From: a virus | Strand: one strand, 5' to 3' | IMG/VR virus record: IMGVR_UViG_3300045988_052159 | Coordinates: 1-34,837 of that record | DNA length: 34,837 nucleotides | Shown: piece by piece, positions 15,300 through 23,333 of the stretch | Layout: every line of letters begins with the position of its first letter | How positions within the stretch are numbered: position 1 is the first letter of the stretch | Notes under the pieces: generated by a model | What the model was told of the DNA's origin: nothing | The model's database searches: none | The model's input: only the letters and a program-made list of their open reading frames with translations | Made by a program: the position numbers and the translations under genes

Positions 15300-16121
15300 A
15301 TGAAGCAGTTTAAACAATTCAAAACTAGAACGGTTCTTGATGATGTCTGTGAAATCCATGGATGCCATCTTTGGTCTGTTAAAATCCCTGTTAAGGGCAA
15401 GGTTGAGGAAATCAGTCAATGTCCTGAATGCGAGAAAGAGAATATCCGACGTTTTGAAAAGCAGCTGAATATGGAATCTGAAGTTAAAAGCAAGCTATCA
15501 GATACTTACGAGGTCTTTGCTCGCGATAGTATCGTTTCAAGCAAGTTGGCCAGCAAGTCACTACATGACTATGAGATTCGAGTTGACATCGATGAAAATG
15601 CTATGAATTTTGTGAAGCGGTTGGAGCGTTGCTATGCCAAAGGTGAGACTGGCAATGCTATCATCACTGGTCCGTCTGGTGTTGGTAAGAGTCATCTGAC
15701 TTATGGCTTTGCTAGATTTCTCAATGAGCAGTTCAAGTCTTATGATGAACCGAAAAGTGTGCTCTTTGTGTCGGTTGTGACCTTGTTTGACAAAATCCGT
15801 GAAAGCTTTGAATTTGACAATGGTTTTTCAGAAGCGAAGATGGTCAAGCTACTGTCAGAGGTTGACTTTCTCTTCTTGGACGACCTCGGTAAAGAGAGTC
15901 GCAAGGCTGATACGAAGCGGAATGAATGGGCGCATCAGATATTATTCAAGATCCTGGATAATCGGACAAATACGATTATCAACACAAATTTGAGTAGTGA
16001 AGAGATTAAAGAGCTCTATTCGGACGATTTTGGGAATGGTGCTCTATCAAGTCGCATTTTTGAAGGGGCGACAGGCAGGTGCTTTGTGTATCCAGCTGGG
16101 ATGAAGGATAGGAGGTATTGA
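15300..16121 (+). CDS. DnaC/IstB-like AAA+ helicase loader (273 aa)
   Basis: Walker A is GPSGVGKSHL and Walker B is FLFLDDLGKE. An N-terminal Cys cluster (CEIHGC...CPEC) is present. Confidence 0.85.
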   Translation: MKQFKQFKTRTVLDDVCEIHGCHLWSVKIPVKGKVEEISQCPECEKENIRRFEKQLNMESEVKSKLSDTYEVFARDSIVSSKLASKSLHDYEIRVDIDENAMNFVKRLERCYAKGETGNAIITGPSGVGKSHLTYGFARFLNEQFKSYDEPKSVLFVSVVTLFDKIRESFEFDNGFSEAKMVKLLSEVDFLFLDDLGKESRKADTKRNEWAHQILFKILDNRTNTIINTNLSSEEIKELYSDDFGNGALSSRIFEGATGRCFVYPAGMKDRRY

Positions 16122-16918
16122 TCATTAAAAAAATGACAGTTTGGGCGCTTTTTGATAGTGGAAATGGTTCGTATCTTAAAGGTGCGAAATATTTGAGCCG
16201 TTCAGGGGGGGCGAACATTGACATATATCCGATTGGAATAGATATAGAAAATAAGAACGATCATTTTATAAATTTGAACCTTGCTGACTATGGGCGATTG
16301 TTCGGAGACAATACGCTTTTTGATGAGCTAGACAAATTACCAAAACCTGACTTGATTATAGCTAGCCCACCATGTGAAAGTTGGTCAGTAGCTTGTGCTA
16401 TGTCAAACGGAACAGCTTTCTGGAAACGCGAAGATTTATCAGACAGTTTATTCGTACCCCAGAAGCAAGCAAGTCCATTTACAATTAGACCAAAACAAGA
16501 TTACATAAATGCTTATCATGATTATGATTTTGAAAAACTTTTTATGAAGCGTCTAAATGGCGAATTAACAGTATTTAATACCATTCAAATTTTAAAAAGG
16601 TATCAACCCAGATACTGGATCATTGAGAATCCTGCTAATAGTAAAATGTGGGAGTATATTCAAAAAATATTAGGTTTTCATTTACCTTATATAAATTTGG
16701 TTAGATATAACAATTATGACTATCCGTTACAGAAACCAACAAAATTTGTTGGGAATATATTTTTAAATCTAAATTCGGAAGTTAAGCCAGCAAGGACTAC
16801 ATTAACAAACTTTTCCAAATCGTACAATGAGCGTTCAAATATCCCTCAAAAACTTGTGATTGAGATTTTTGAGAAAGTATATAAAGAATTTTTAAAGGAG
16901 AATAAAAATGATCAATAA
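16118..16918 (+). CDS. Minimal, divergent C5-cytosine-methyltransferase-like protein (about 261-266 aa)
   Basis: Motif I-like is ALFDSGNGS. Motif IV is ASPPCESWS. Motif VI-like is WIIENPANS. Motif VIII-like is PLQKPTKF, and motif X-like is [14 protein letters not shown]. The start is uncertain: TTG 16118 or ATG 16133. Confidence 0.6.
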   Translation: MIIKKMTVWALFDSGNGSYLKGAKYLSRSGGANIDIYPIGIDIENKNDHFINLNLADYGRLFGDNTLFDELDKLPKPDLIIASPPCESWSVACAMSNGTAFWKREDLSDSLFVPQKQASPFTIRPKQDYINAYHDYDFEKLFMKRLNGELTVFNTIQILKRYQPRYWIIENPANSKMWEYIQKILGFHLPYINLVRYNNYDYPLQKPTKFVGNIFLNLNSEVKPARTTLTNFSKSYNERSNIPQKLVIEIFEKVYKEFLKENKNDQ

Positions 16919-17324
16919 TGTTGTGTTGATTGGTCGCTTGACTCGTGATCCTGAATTACGATACACGCCATCGAATGTGGCTGTTGCGACTTTCAACCTT
17001 GCAGTAAATCGCAATTTCAAGGGGGCGAATGGAGAGCGAGAGGCTGACTTCATCAATTGCATCATGTGGCGCAAGCAAGCTGAAAATTTTGCAAATTGGG
17101 TCAGAAAAGGCGCTCTTGTGGGAATCACAGGTCGCATCCAGACTCGTAGTTATGAAAATCAGCACGGCCAACGTGTATATGTTACGGAAGTTGTAGCTGA
17201 GAGTTTTCAAACGCTTGAAAAGAAGGATAACTCTGCAAATCAAGCAAGCATGGAAAACCAGATGCCACCAGGTTTTGGCGCAACAAATCCGATGGATATT
17301 TCAGATGATGATTTGCCGTTTTAG
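16908..17324 (+). CDS. ssb: Single-stranded DNA-binding protein (138 aa)
   Basis: The sequence is [35 protein letters not shown]... with the acidic tail DISDDDLPF. Confidence 0.95.
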   Translation: MINNVVLIGRLTRDPELRYTPSNVAVATFNLAVNRNFKGANGEREADFINCIMWRKQAENFANWVRKGALVGITGRIQTRSYENQHGQRVYVTEVVAESFQTLEKKDNSANQASMENQMPPGFGATNPMDISDDDLPF

Positions 17325-17337
17325 GGAGGTGTGAAGG

Positions 17338-18093
17338 ATGAATAGGCAGGAATTGATTAATGCCCCACGGATTTTGTTCCCTGTCGGAACAGAGGTTTTA
17401 ATAAGAGGGAAGATAGTTGGTTTAAAGGTCCTTGATGACAGATTTGTTGAGAACGTTGTTAAACTTGATTACGGCGAACAAATTATTGCTCCAAACGATG
17501 CGATTTATGTCAAGGACGAACCAGAAACAGGCCACGCAGATGAAGCACCACGCTATGTCAAGAATATACTAGCACGATTGCGAGAATTGCCAGTGCATGA
17601 TCGTGAAGTTTGGTTAAAGGCAATCATGAGTGAATTTGAGCAAGATTTTAGTCATGCAAAATGGCGTGAGGGTTACGAACAAGGAAAGCTTGAAGGCATG
17701 GTTGGCCGTGAGAAAGTCACAATTCCGAAATTTGTAGCGGATTGGATTGAGGTTTGTAAAGAGCATTTAACAACTAGTCTATATACTGCTATGAATCCAA
17801 ACTTTATGAAAGAAAACAACCAAAGTTTCGATTTAATATTATGGATCCAAAAGACGAGCAACCAAGAACTCTTCGCTCGTGCTTGGATTTTCGGCTACGA
17901 GGTAGAGGAAGAGAAGCGGTATACAGTAGTGATGAAAGAGACAAAGCAACCGCTATATTATAATGCTTTAGATGAGAAATTATTCTTCTCTATGGGTAAA
18001 ATAGCTTCACACTTCACCCAACAACAACTTGAAAAACTAAACTTCGGCTGGGTGTTTGATTGTGAGGGTCTGGAAGTTCAGGAGGTGGAATAA
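17338..18093 (+). CDS. Hypothetical protein (251 aa), streptococcal-phage early region
   Basis: A good RBS (gggaggtg) is present. No catalytic motif recognised. Confidence 0.6.
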   Translation: MNRQELINAPRILFPVGTEVLIRGKIVGLKVLDDRFVENVVKLDYGEQIIAPNDAIYVKDEPETGHADEAPRYVKNILARLRELPVHDREVWLKAIMSEFEQDFSHAKWREGYEQGKLEGMVGREKVTIPKFVADWIEVCKEHLTTSLYTAMNPNFMKENNQSFDLILWIQKTSNQELFARAWIFGYEVEEEKRYTVVMKETKQPLYYNALDEKLFFSMGKIASHFTQQQLEKLNFGWVFDCEGLEVQEVE

Positions 18094-18429
18094 ATGGAAA
18101 ATTTAATGTTTTGGGGAATGTTTATTGCTTGTTTGCTGATTTCGGCTATGACATTTTATATTATGTACTCTCAAGCGATGGTCAATAGAGATTTGGAAAG
18201 AAAATACCATGACTTAAAACAAGAAATTATAAGAGTTTTTGGTTGGGAAGAATGGGAATGGGCAAATAATTTTAGGGATTATGCTCGCAAAGTTGACGGA
18301 CTTATAAAATTTAAAAAAGAAATTGAGCAACTTGAAGTCATTAAAAAAGCATTAGAAGTCAAAAGTTTGGAAGAGTTGCAGAAGAAGAAAGAACAGATTG
18401 AAAATGTAATCAAAACGTTAGAAAAATGA
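18094..18429 (+). CDS. Hypothetical protein with N-terminal TM helix and coiled-coil (111 aa)
   Basis: The ATG directly follows the upstream stop. The TM segment is FWGMFIACLLISAMTFYIM. Confidence 0.55.
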   Translation: MENLMFWGMFIACLLISAMTFYIMYSQAMVNRDLERKYHDLKQEIIRVFGWEEWEWANNFRDYARKVDGLIKFKKEIEQLEVIKKALEVKSLEELQKKKEQIENVIKTLEK

Positions 18430-18441
18430 GGAGGTGGAGTG

Positions 18442-18669
18442 ATGAGTAAATTTGTAATCTCCCTGTCTAAAGATGACCTTGAGCATATCGCTAACGGTTA
18501 TGATATCAAAATCAAAATCAACGGTAAAAGATTCTTGGAAATAAATGAAATCATTTTGAAGCCTGCATTTATAAATGATGTTATGGCTCCGATATTGAAT
18601 TATAGAAATAAAATCATCGATACTGAACAGCAAAATCTTGTTAATAATTTTATGGGAGGGGCAAAATGA
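18442..18669 (+). CDS. Hypothetical protein (75 aa)
   Basis: The RBS is gaggaggtggag. ATG 18442 is preferred over GTG 18439. Confidence 0.55.
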   Translation: MSKFVISLSKDDLEHIANGYDIKIKINGKRFLEINEIILKPAFINDVMAPILNYRNKIIDTEQQNLVNNFMGGAK

Positions 18670-18800
18670 AACGACCAAACAGATACCCTTACACACGAAG
18701 CCAGTGGGGCGAAGAGATTACAATACTTCGCACAAGCGACAACGACTGCTTTAAGTTAAGAGTCGAGCGGAATCAAGTTACGGGGGAGAGTAAGTATTGA
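18666..18800 (+). CDS. Small hypothetical protein (44 aa), MKRPNRYPY N-terminus
   Basis: It is coupled by ATGA overlap; hand-translated as MKRPNRYPYTRSQWGEEITILRTSDNDCFKLRVERNQVTGESKY. The N-terminus is a paralogue of the ORF at 10519. Confidence 0.45.
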   Translation: MKRPNRYPYTRSQWGEEITILRTSDNDCFKLRVERNQVTGESKY

Positions 18801-19057
18801 AACGATTCATAGCTATCTGGATTCTGCTATCTGCTGGATTGAACATCTGGCAGATGGACAGGATTCGAGATTTGGAAGAGAAGCGTCCGATTACCGTCTA
18901 CAAGGCGGATAATCAAGGCGCTGAGATATTTGGTAAGGTCGTCGAAAAAGGACGACATGGCAAGTTATACACGATTACGATTCGTGATTACGGGATATTC
19001 GTAGTTACGAAAGAGGTGTATGACGAGGTGAAAGTTGGGGATGAGGTGAAAATTTAG
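18797..19057 (+). CDS. Hypothetical protein with N-terminal signal/TM segment (86 aa)
   Basis: The TTG start overlaps the previous stop. The hydrophobic segment is FIAIWILLSAGLNIW. Confidence 0.5.
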   Translation: MKRFIAIWILLSAGLNIWQMDRIRDLEEKRPITVYKADNQGAEIFGKVVEKGRHGKLYTITIRDYGIFVVTKEVYDEVKVGDEVKI

Positions 19058-19240
19058 ATGGAAGAAAAAGAGTTAGAAGAACTTGCTTTTGTTTTTCAAA
19101 TAGGGCAGCTCGTTTTGCATACAGCAAAGTCAATTATTAAAGATGAGAATTTGTTAGGAAGTAACGGGACGTTCGCTATTGACGGGCACAAGTTCGAGAT
19201 AAAGATATCCAAGGTATCTGAAAAGGGTATGAGAAAATGA
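19058..19240 (+). CDS. Hypothetical protein (60 aa), flanked by 27-nt direct repeats
   Basis: The ORF is bracketed by aaagttggggatgaggtgaaaatttag (19031-19057) and aaagtttgggatgaggtgagaatatag (19240-19266). Confidence 0.5.
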   Translation: MEEKELEELAFVFQIGQLVLHTAKSIIKDENLLGSNGTFAIDGHKFEIKISKVSEKGMRK

Positions 19241-19291
19241 AAGTTTGGGATGAGGTGAGAATATAGTTTTTTCGCTAATAAGGAGGTAAAT

Positions 19292-19741
19292 ATGGCAAAT
19301 TTTGCAGAAGGAACAATTAAACTAAGAGGATATGCAGTAAATATTAAATCAGCTTTGAAATATATGTTTGGAGATGTTGAAAACATCACAATCGAAGAAG
19401 ATACAGATGGTGAGATAATCACTTTTACTACAACGGATTCTTATTTTTATATCAATGGCACAAAACGTGCTTTTATTGACAATGATAGTTTTGAAATTCA
19501 TCTTGACGATGATTTTCTTATCATCGAACTTGATAATTTTGAGCAGGCGTGGCGCGCTATCCCAGACGATTATATAGAAATCTCTGAAAAATTTAATGTT
19601 GACATTAAGATATTCACGTTTGAACAAGGTATGCAATTTACACAAGAAATTGAAATCTCAAAAGGTAAAATTTTAAAAGATATCGTACGTAAGTATAATA
19701 ACTATGAATGGGAAGTTCCGTTCAGTAATTTTGGAGGATAA
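19292..19741 (+). CDS. Acidic hypothetical protein (149 aa; 29 D/E versus 14 K/R)
   Basis: The RBS is taaggagg. Residues were counted by hand. No enzymatic motif recognised. Confidence 0.6.
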   Translation: MANFAEGTIKLRGYAVNIKSALKYMFGDVENITIEEDTDGEIITFTTTDSYFYINGTKRAFIDNDSFEIHLDDDFLIIELDNFEQAWRAIPDDYIEISEKFNVDIKIFTFEQGMQFTQEIEISKGKILKDIVRKYNNYEWEVPFSNFGG

Positions 19742-19744
19742 GGA

Positions 19745-19996
19745 ATGAAACCAGAAAAAATTGACAATGTAAACAAACCAAGCCACTACCAAGGCTCAAA
19801 AGGTCTTGAAAGTATTGAAGTGATTGATAACTTTATTGGCAATCTGCCAGGTAAGGCAGCATGGTGCTGGGGCAATGCAATTAAGTATCTATTGCGCTTC
19901 CAGAAGAAAAACGGTCTTGAGGACCTGAAGAAAGCTAGAAAAAATTTAGACTGGCTTATTGAGGAGATGGAGCATGAGAATAAAAACATCAAATGA
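19745..19996 (+). CDS. Small conserved phage protein (83 aa), DUF3310-like
   Basis: PSHYQGSKGLESIEVIDNF...NAIKYLLRFQKKNGLEDLKKA matches the pattern I recall for this family. Confidence 0.55.
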   Translation: MKPEKIDNVNKPSHYQGSKGLESIEVIDNFIGNLPGKAAWCWGNAIKYLLRFQKKNGLEDLKKARKNLDWLIEEMEHENKNIK

Positions 19997-20138
19997 CTCT
20001 ATCATCAACGTTGACAGCGTGAAGCGTAGCATCACAATTGAAGGAGTTGAGTTTGGTTCAGATTGTAGCGCTCTGGTATCTAAGAATAAAGACGGAACAG
20101 GGACAATTACTCTGATATTTGAAGGAAAAGTTATTTGA
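19974..20138 (+). CDS. Small hypothetical protein (54 aa)
   Basis: The ATG overlaps the preceding gene; hand-translated as MRIKTSNDSIINVDSVKRSITIEGVEFGSDCSALVSKNKDGTGTITLIFEGKVI. Confidence 0.4.
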   Translation: MRIKTSNDSIINVDSVKRSITIEGVEFGSDCSALVSKNKDGTGTITLIFEGKVI

Positions 20139-20157
20139 AATAGAAACGAGGTGAGCG

Positions 20158-20583
20158 ATGCCCTTCTTTCCTGACATAAACGAAGCCAAAACAAAAGAAA
20201 ATGCCAAGAGAATTTTAAAAGGCTACCCTAGATGGCGTCGTGTGGCAAATGACACTGATGGGCAGAGAGTGACTACTACATATTCATTCATGCCTCGAAA
20301 TCCATCAATCGGGAGAGATAGTCAAGTTGAAAAGTTGGCTATACGAAAAGTCGATGCAGAGATTGAACTTGATGCAATCGAGCAAGCTGTCAGTGGATTA
20401 CATGATCCTTTATACCGTAGGATACTTTTCGAGAAATATCTTCAGTGGGATTGTAAGAAGGATGAATCAATTTCAATGGAATTATCTCTTTCAGAAAGCT
20501 CATACTATGACATCTTGGATAAGGCTCTGATGGCATTCGCAGAGTTGTATCGAAATGGTGAACAGATTGAAATTTTGGAGTAA
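20158..20583 (+). CDS. arpU: ArpU-family late-gene transcriptional regulator (141 aa)
   Basis: The N-terminus (MPFFPDINEAKTKENAKRILKGYPRWRRVAN) and the C-terminal sigma region-4-like segment are characteristic. It is the last gene before the packaging region. Confidence 0.8.
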   Translation: MPFFPDINEAKTKENAKRILKGYPRWRRVANDTDGQRVTTTYSFMPRNPSIGRDSQVEKLAIRKVDAEIELDAIEQAVSGLHDPLYRRILFEKYLQWDCKKDESISMELSLSESSYYDILDKALMAFAELYRNGEQIEILE

Positions 20584-20636
20584 ACTTGGAGTTTTTTTGG
20601 AGTAAATTTGGAGAAAGTTCGGAGTAAATATATAAT
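20575..20636 (+). promoter_or_regulatory. Five 11-bp-phased direct repeats (consensus TTGGAGTAAAT) merging into a promoter: TTGGAG, 17 nt, TATAAT
   Basis: Repeat units start at 20575, 20586, 20597, 20608 and 20619. The fourth unit sits at the -35 position, 17 nt from TATAAT (20631-20636). The first unit overlaps the arpU stop codon. Confidence 0.6.
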
Positions 20637-20670
20637 TTTGTGTGCTAAAATTATATTATGAAATATTTGT

Positions 20671-20698
20671 AAAAGGCAGGCACACCCTGCCTTTTCTT
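20671..20698. terminator. Bidirectional-type intrinsic terminator
   Basis: The perfect 10-bp stem aaaaggcagg/cctgcctttt has the loop cacac, with a T-run after it and an A-run before it. Confidence 0.75.
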
Positions 20699-20717
20699 GT
20701 GAATTGGAGGTGATGTT

Positions 20718-21299
20718 GTGAAAAAAGTTGATCCAATTCGAGAAGTCGATGACATCGAACGCATGAAAGATTATCTACGTTCTAAAAGCGAGCGTAACTA
20801 TATACTGATAATGTGTGGCTTGTACTCTGGATTGAGAATTAGCGACATCATTCCACTTCAAGTCAAGCATGTTCTTGGCGATCACATTGATATCTACGAA
20901 AAAAAGACAAGAAAAAGAAAAAGATTTCCTATAAATGACCAGCTAAGAAAGGCACTGGATGAGTATATCAGAGAAAATGATTTAAAAAGCTACGATTTCC
21001 TTTTTCCAAGTCGAAAGAAAAAACGGTCAAAATCTGGCAATATGCCAGGTGCAAGAATCCATCATATAAGTAGAGAAGCAGCTTATATGATATTCAAAGA
21101 TGCTGCTTTGCATATTGGTCTTAAAAAAATTGGAACGCATTCAATGCGCAAGACTTTTGGATATCATTTTTATAAACGAGAAGGAAATCTGGTCATGTTG
21201 ATGAAAATATTTAATCATTCAACACAGCGACAAACGCTCGATTATATTGGATACGAGCAGGATGAGATAGATGATGTGATGCTTAAATTTAAGTATTAA
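20718..21299 (+). CDS. Small tyrosine recombinase, catalytic domain only (193 aa)
   Basis: The start is GTG after the RBS ggaggtg. The catalytic pattern is GLRISD (Arg), HSMRKTF (His-x-x-Arg), FNHS (His) and TLDYIGY (Tyr). There is no N-terminal arm-binding or core-binding domain. Confidence 0.8.
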   Translation: MKKVDPIREVDDIERMKDYLRSKSERNYILIMCGLYSGLRISDIIPLQVKHVLGDHIDIYEKKTRKRKRFPINDQLRKALDEYIRENDLKSYDFLFPSRKKKRSKSGNMPGARIHHISREAAYMIFKDAALHIGLKKIGTHSMRKTFGYHFYKREGNLVMLMKIFNHSTQRQTLDYIGYEQDEIDDVMLKFKY

Positions 21300-21306
21300 A
21301 TCATCT

Positions 21307-21427
21307 TATATTTAACATATTGAGAATTTGGAAATTCAATTTTTAAAAAATAATGCTGAACCCTTGAAGAATCTGACTCTAGGGATATTTGATTGAATTT
21401 AACAGAATATAAGATATGTTAAATATA
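21307..21427. repeat. Nested inverted repeats immediately downstream of the small recombinase
   Basis: The outer pair is 14/14 bp: tatatttaacatat (21307-21320) with atatgttaaatata (21414-21427). The inner pair is 9/9 bp: aaattcaat (21332-21340) with attgaattt (21392-21400). The centre is 51 nt. Confidence 0.8.
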
Positions 21428-21513
21428 CGAGAGTGTTAGAGACTGAAAAAACTCCCCCCTACATCATAAAAATTTAGCCCCCCTACCTACTAAAAAGAAA
21501 GGACCCTCCCTAG

Positions 21514-21858
21514 ATGAATACCCCAAAGGACAGACCGGACCGGAGTGGTCCTCACCGAGTTGCTTTTGAAAAGAATAAAAATATTATTCTCAAAACAAAA
21601 AATACTTGTGGGATTTGTGGACTCCCCGTCGATAAATCATTGAAGTACCCACATCCTCTATCTCCGGTCATTGACCATGTTATTCCAATCAATCGCAATG
21701 GTCATCCGTCAGACATTCGTAACTTACAGCTTGCCCATTGGCAATGCAATAGACAGAAGTCTGACAAGCTTTACGCTGATTATAAATCAGCAAGTAGTAC
21801 TGTTGTTGGTAACAGGAACTTGCCACAATCAAGAGATTGGACAAAGTACAGAGCTTGA
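21514..21858 (+). CDS. HNH endonuclease (114 aa)
   Basis: The motif is CGICGLPVD...DHVIPINRNGHPSDIRNLQLAHWQCNRQKSDK. The gene lies next to the packaging and portal genes. Confidence 0.9.
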   Translation: MNTPKDRPDRSGPHRVAFEKNKNIILKTKNTCGICGLPVDKSLKYPHPLSPVIDHVIPINRNGHPSDIRNLQLAHWQCNRQKSDKLYADYKSASSTVVGNRNLPQSRDWTKYRA

Positions 21859-21954
21859 AGAAGCCAAAAAAGAAAAATTATATTATTTTTTAAAAATGTC
21901 AAAAATAATTTTGAATACTTAGATCTTGAAAAAATAACAGATGTGTGAAGTAAG

Positions 21955-22037
21955 TCCTAGCTTAGTATAGGGGGGTATCCCCCTCCCACTAGGCGCTCGC
22001 GAGCTTCACGCCGTCACTGTACATTTTTTCTCGCGCC
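21955..22037. other. GC-rich palindromic island upstream of the portal gene; candidate cos/packaging recognition site or structured RNA
   Basis: A nested hairpin runs from cctag (21956-60) to ctagg (21989-93) and encloses ggggg-tat-ccccc (21971-83). A perfect 10-bp palindrome gctcgcgagc lies at 21995-22004. ctcgcgcc recurs at 22030-22037. Confidence 0.45.
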
Positions 22038-22064
22038 AAATCATCACAATGAAAGGAGAACGGT

Positions 22065-23333
22065 TTGGAATTAAGAGGAATTGACTATCTCAGGAGGAAG
22101 TTGAATCTCTATCGGAGTAGAGTCAATCTGAGATACAAGCATTATGCGATGCAGCACTATGAAGCACCTACAGGAATCACAATTCCTGCACATGTCAGGG
22201 TGAAGTATCAAGCCGTTCTTGGTTGGGCTGCAAAGGGCGTTGATAGTCTTGCAGATCGTTTGATTTTCAGGGAATTTGCTAACGATGATTTTAATGTTAC
22301 AGAAATCTTTAATCGGAACAATCCTGACATTTTTTTTGATAGTGCTATTTTAGCTGCGTTGATTGGTTCATGTAGTTTCGTCTACATTTCGAAGGGTGAA
22401 GATGATGAGGTGAGGTTACAAGTCATTGAATCAAGCAACGCGACTGGTGTCATTGACCCTATAACAGGCTTGCTTGTGGAAGGGTATGCGGTGTTGGCTC
22501 GTGATGATTACAATCGTCCAACGCTTGAAGCCTACTTCGAGCCCAATGCTACTCACTTCATTCCAAAGGATGGGGAGCCTTACTCGGTTACGAATGAGAC
22601 GGGTATTCCTTTGCTGGTTCCGGTCATTCATCGTCCTGATGCGGTCCGTCCGTTTGGTCGATCTCGTATTACTAGGGCAGGGATGTATCATCAAAAATAT
22701 GCGAAGCGTACTTTAGAGCGAGCTGACATCACTGCTGAATTCTATTCGTGGCCACAAAAATATATTATTGGATTAGATCCTGATGCAGAGCAATTGGAAA
22801 CTTATAAAGCCACTGTATCAAGTTTATTGACAATTTCTGCTAGTGATAGTGGAGAAAAACCAAGTATTGGTCAATTTACTACCGCTAGCATGTCACCTTT
22901 TACAGAACAGCTCAGAACTGCCGCTGCTGGATTTGCTGGGGAAATGGGCTTGACATTGGATGATTTGGGATTTGTGTCTGACAATCCATCATCTGTGGAA
23001 GCTATCAAGGCTAGTCATGAGAATCTTCGTCTTGCTGGTCGGAAGGCTCAGAGGTCGCTGGGAGCTGGATTGCTAAATGTGGCTTATGTTGCTGCTTGTT
23101 TGAGGGATGATTTTCATTATGCGAGAAGCCAATTTGTGAGAACCATAGTCAAGTGGGAACCATTGTTTGAAGCGGATGCGAATACGATGACCATGATTGG
23201 TGACGGTGTTGCGAAATTGAATCAGGCCTTACCTGGCTACATCAATGCGGAGACAATTCGTGATCTTACTGGTATCTCTGGAGACATGTCTGCTAGGCCA
23301 GTGATAAGCGAGGGTGGTTCAAATGGAGAATGA
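22065..23333 (+). CDS. Portal protein, SPP1 gp6-like (422 aa)
   Basis: The TTG start lies 6 nt after the RBS aaaggag. Size and sequence pattern (RPFGRSRITRAG, SSVEAIKASHENL) fit, and it is followed by a MuF-type gene. Confidence 0.8.
   Translation: MELRGIDYLRRKLNLYRSRVNLRYKHYAMQHYEAPTGITIPAHVRVKYQAVLGWAAKGVDSLADRLIFREFANDDFNVTEIFNRNNPDIFFDSAILAALIGSCSFVYISKGEDDEVRLQVIESSNATGVIDPITGLLVEGYAVLARDDYNRPTLEAYFEPNATHFIPKDGEPYSVTNETGIPLLVPVIHRPDAVRPFGRSRITRAGMYHQKYAKRTLERADITAEFYSWPQKYIIGLDPDAEQLETYKATVSSLLTISASDSGEKPSIGQFTTASMSPFTEQLRTAAAGFAGEMGLTLDDLGFVSDNPSSVEAIKASHENLRLAGRKAQRSLGAGLLNVAYVAACLRDDFHYARSQFVRTIVKWEPLFEADANTMTMIGDGVAKLNQALPGYINAETIRDLTGISGDMSARPVISEGGSNGE

Noticed and set aside
20575-20629. 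The 11-bp tandem repeats as a possible CRISPR-like or satellite array
   Set aside because: The units are contiguous with no spacers, there are only five copies, and they merge into a -35/-10 promoter next to arpU. A regulator-binding array is the simpler explanation.
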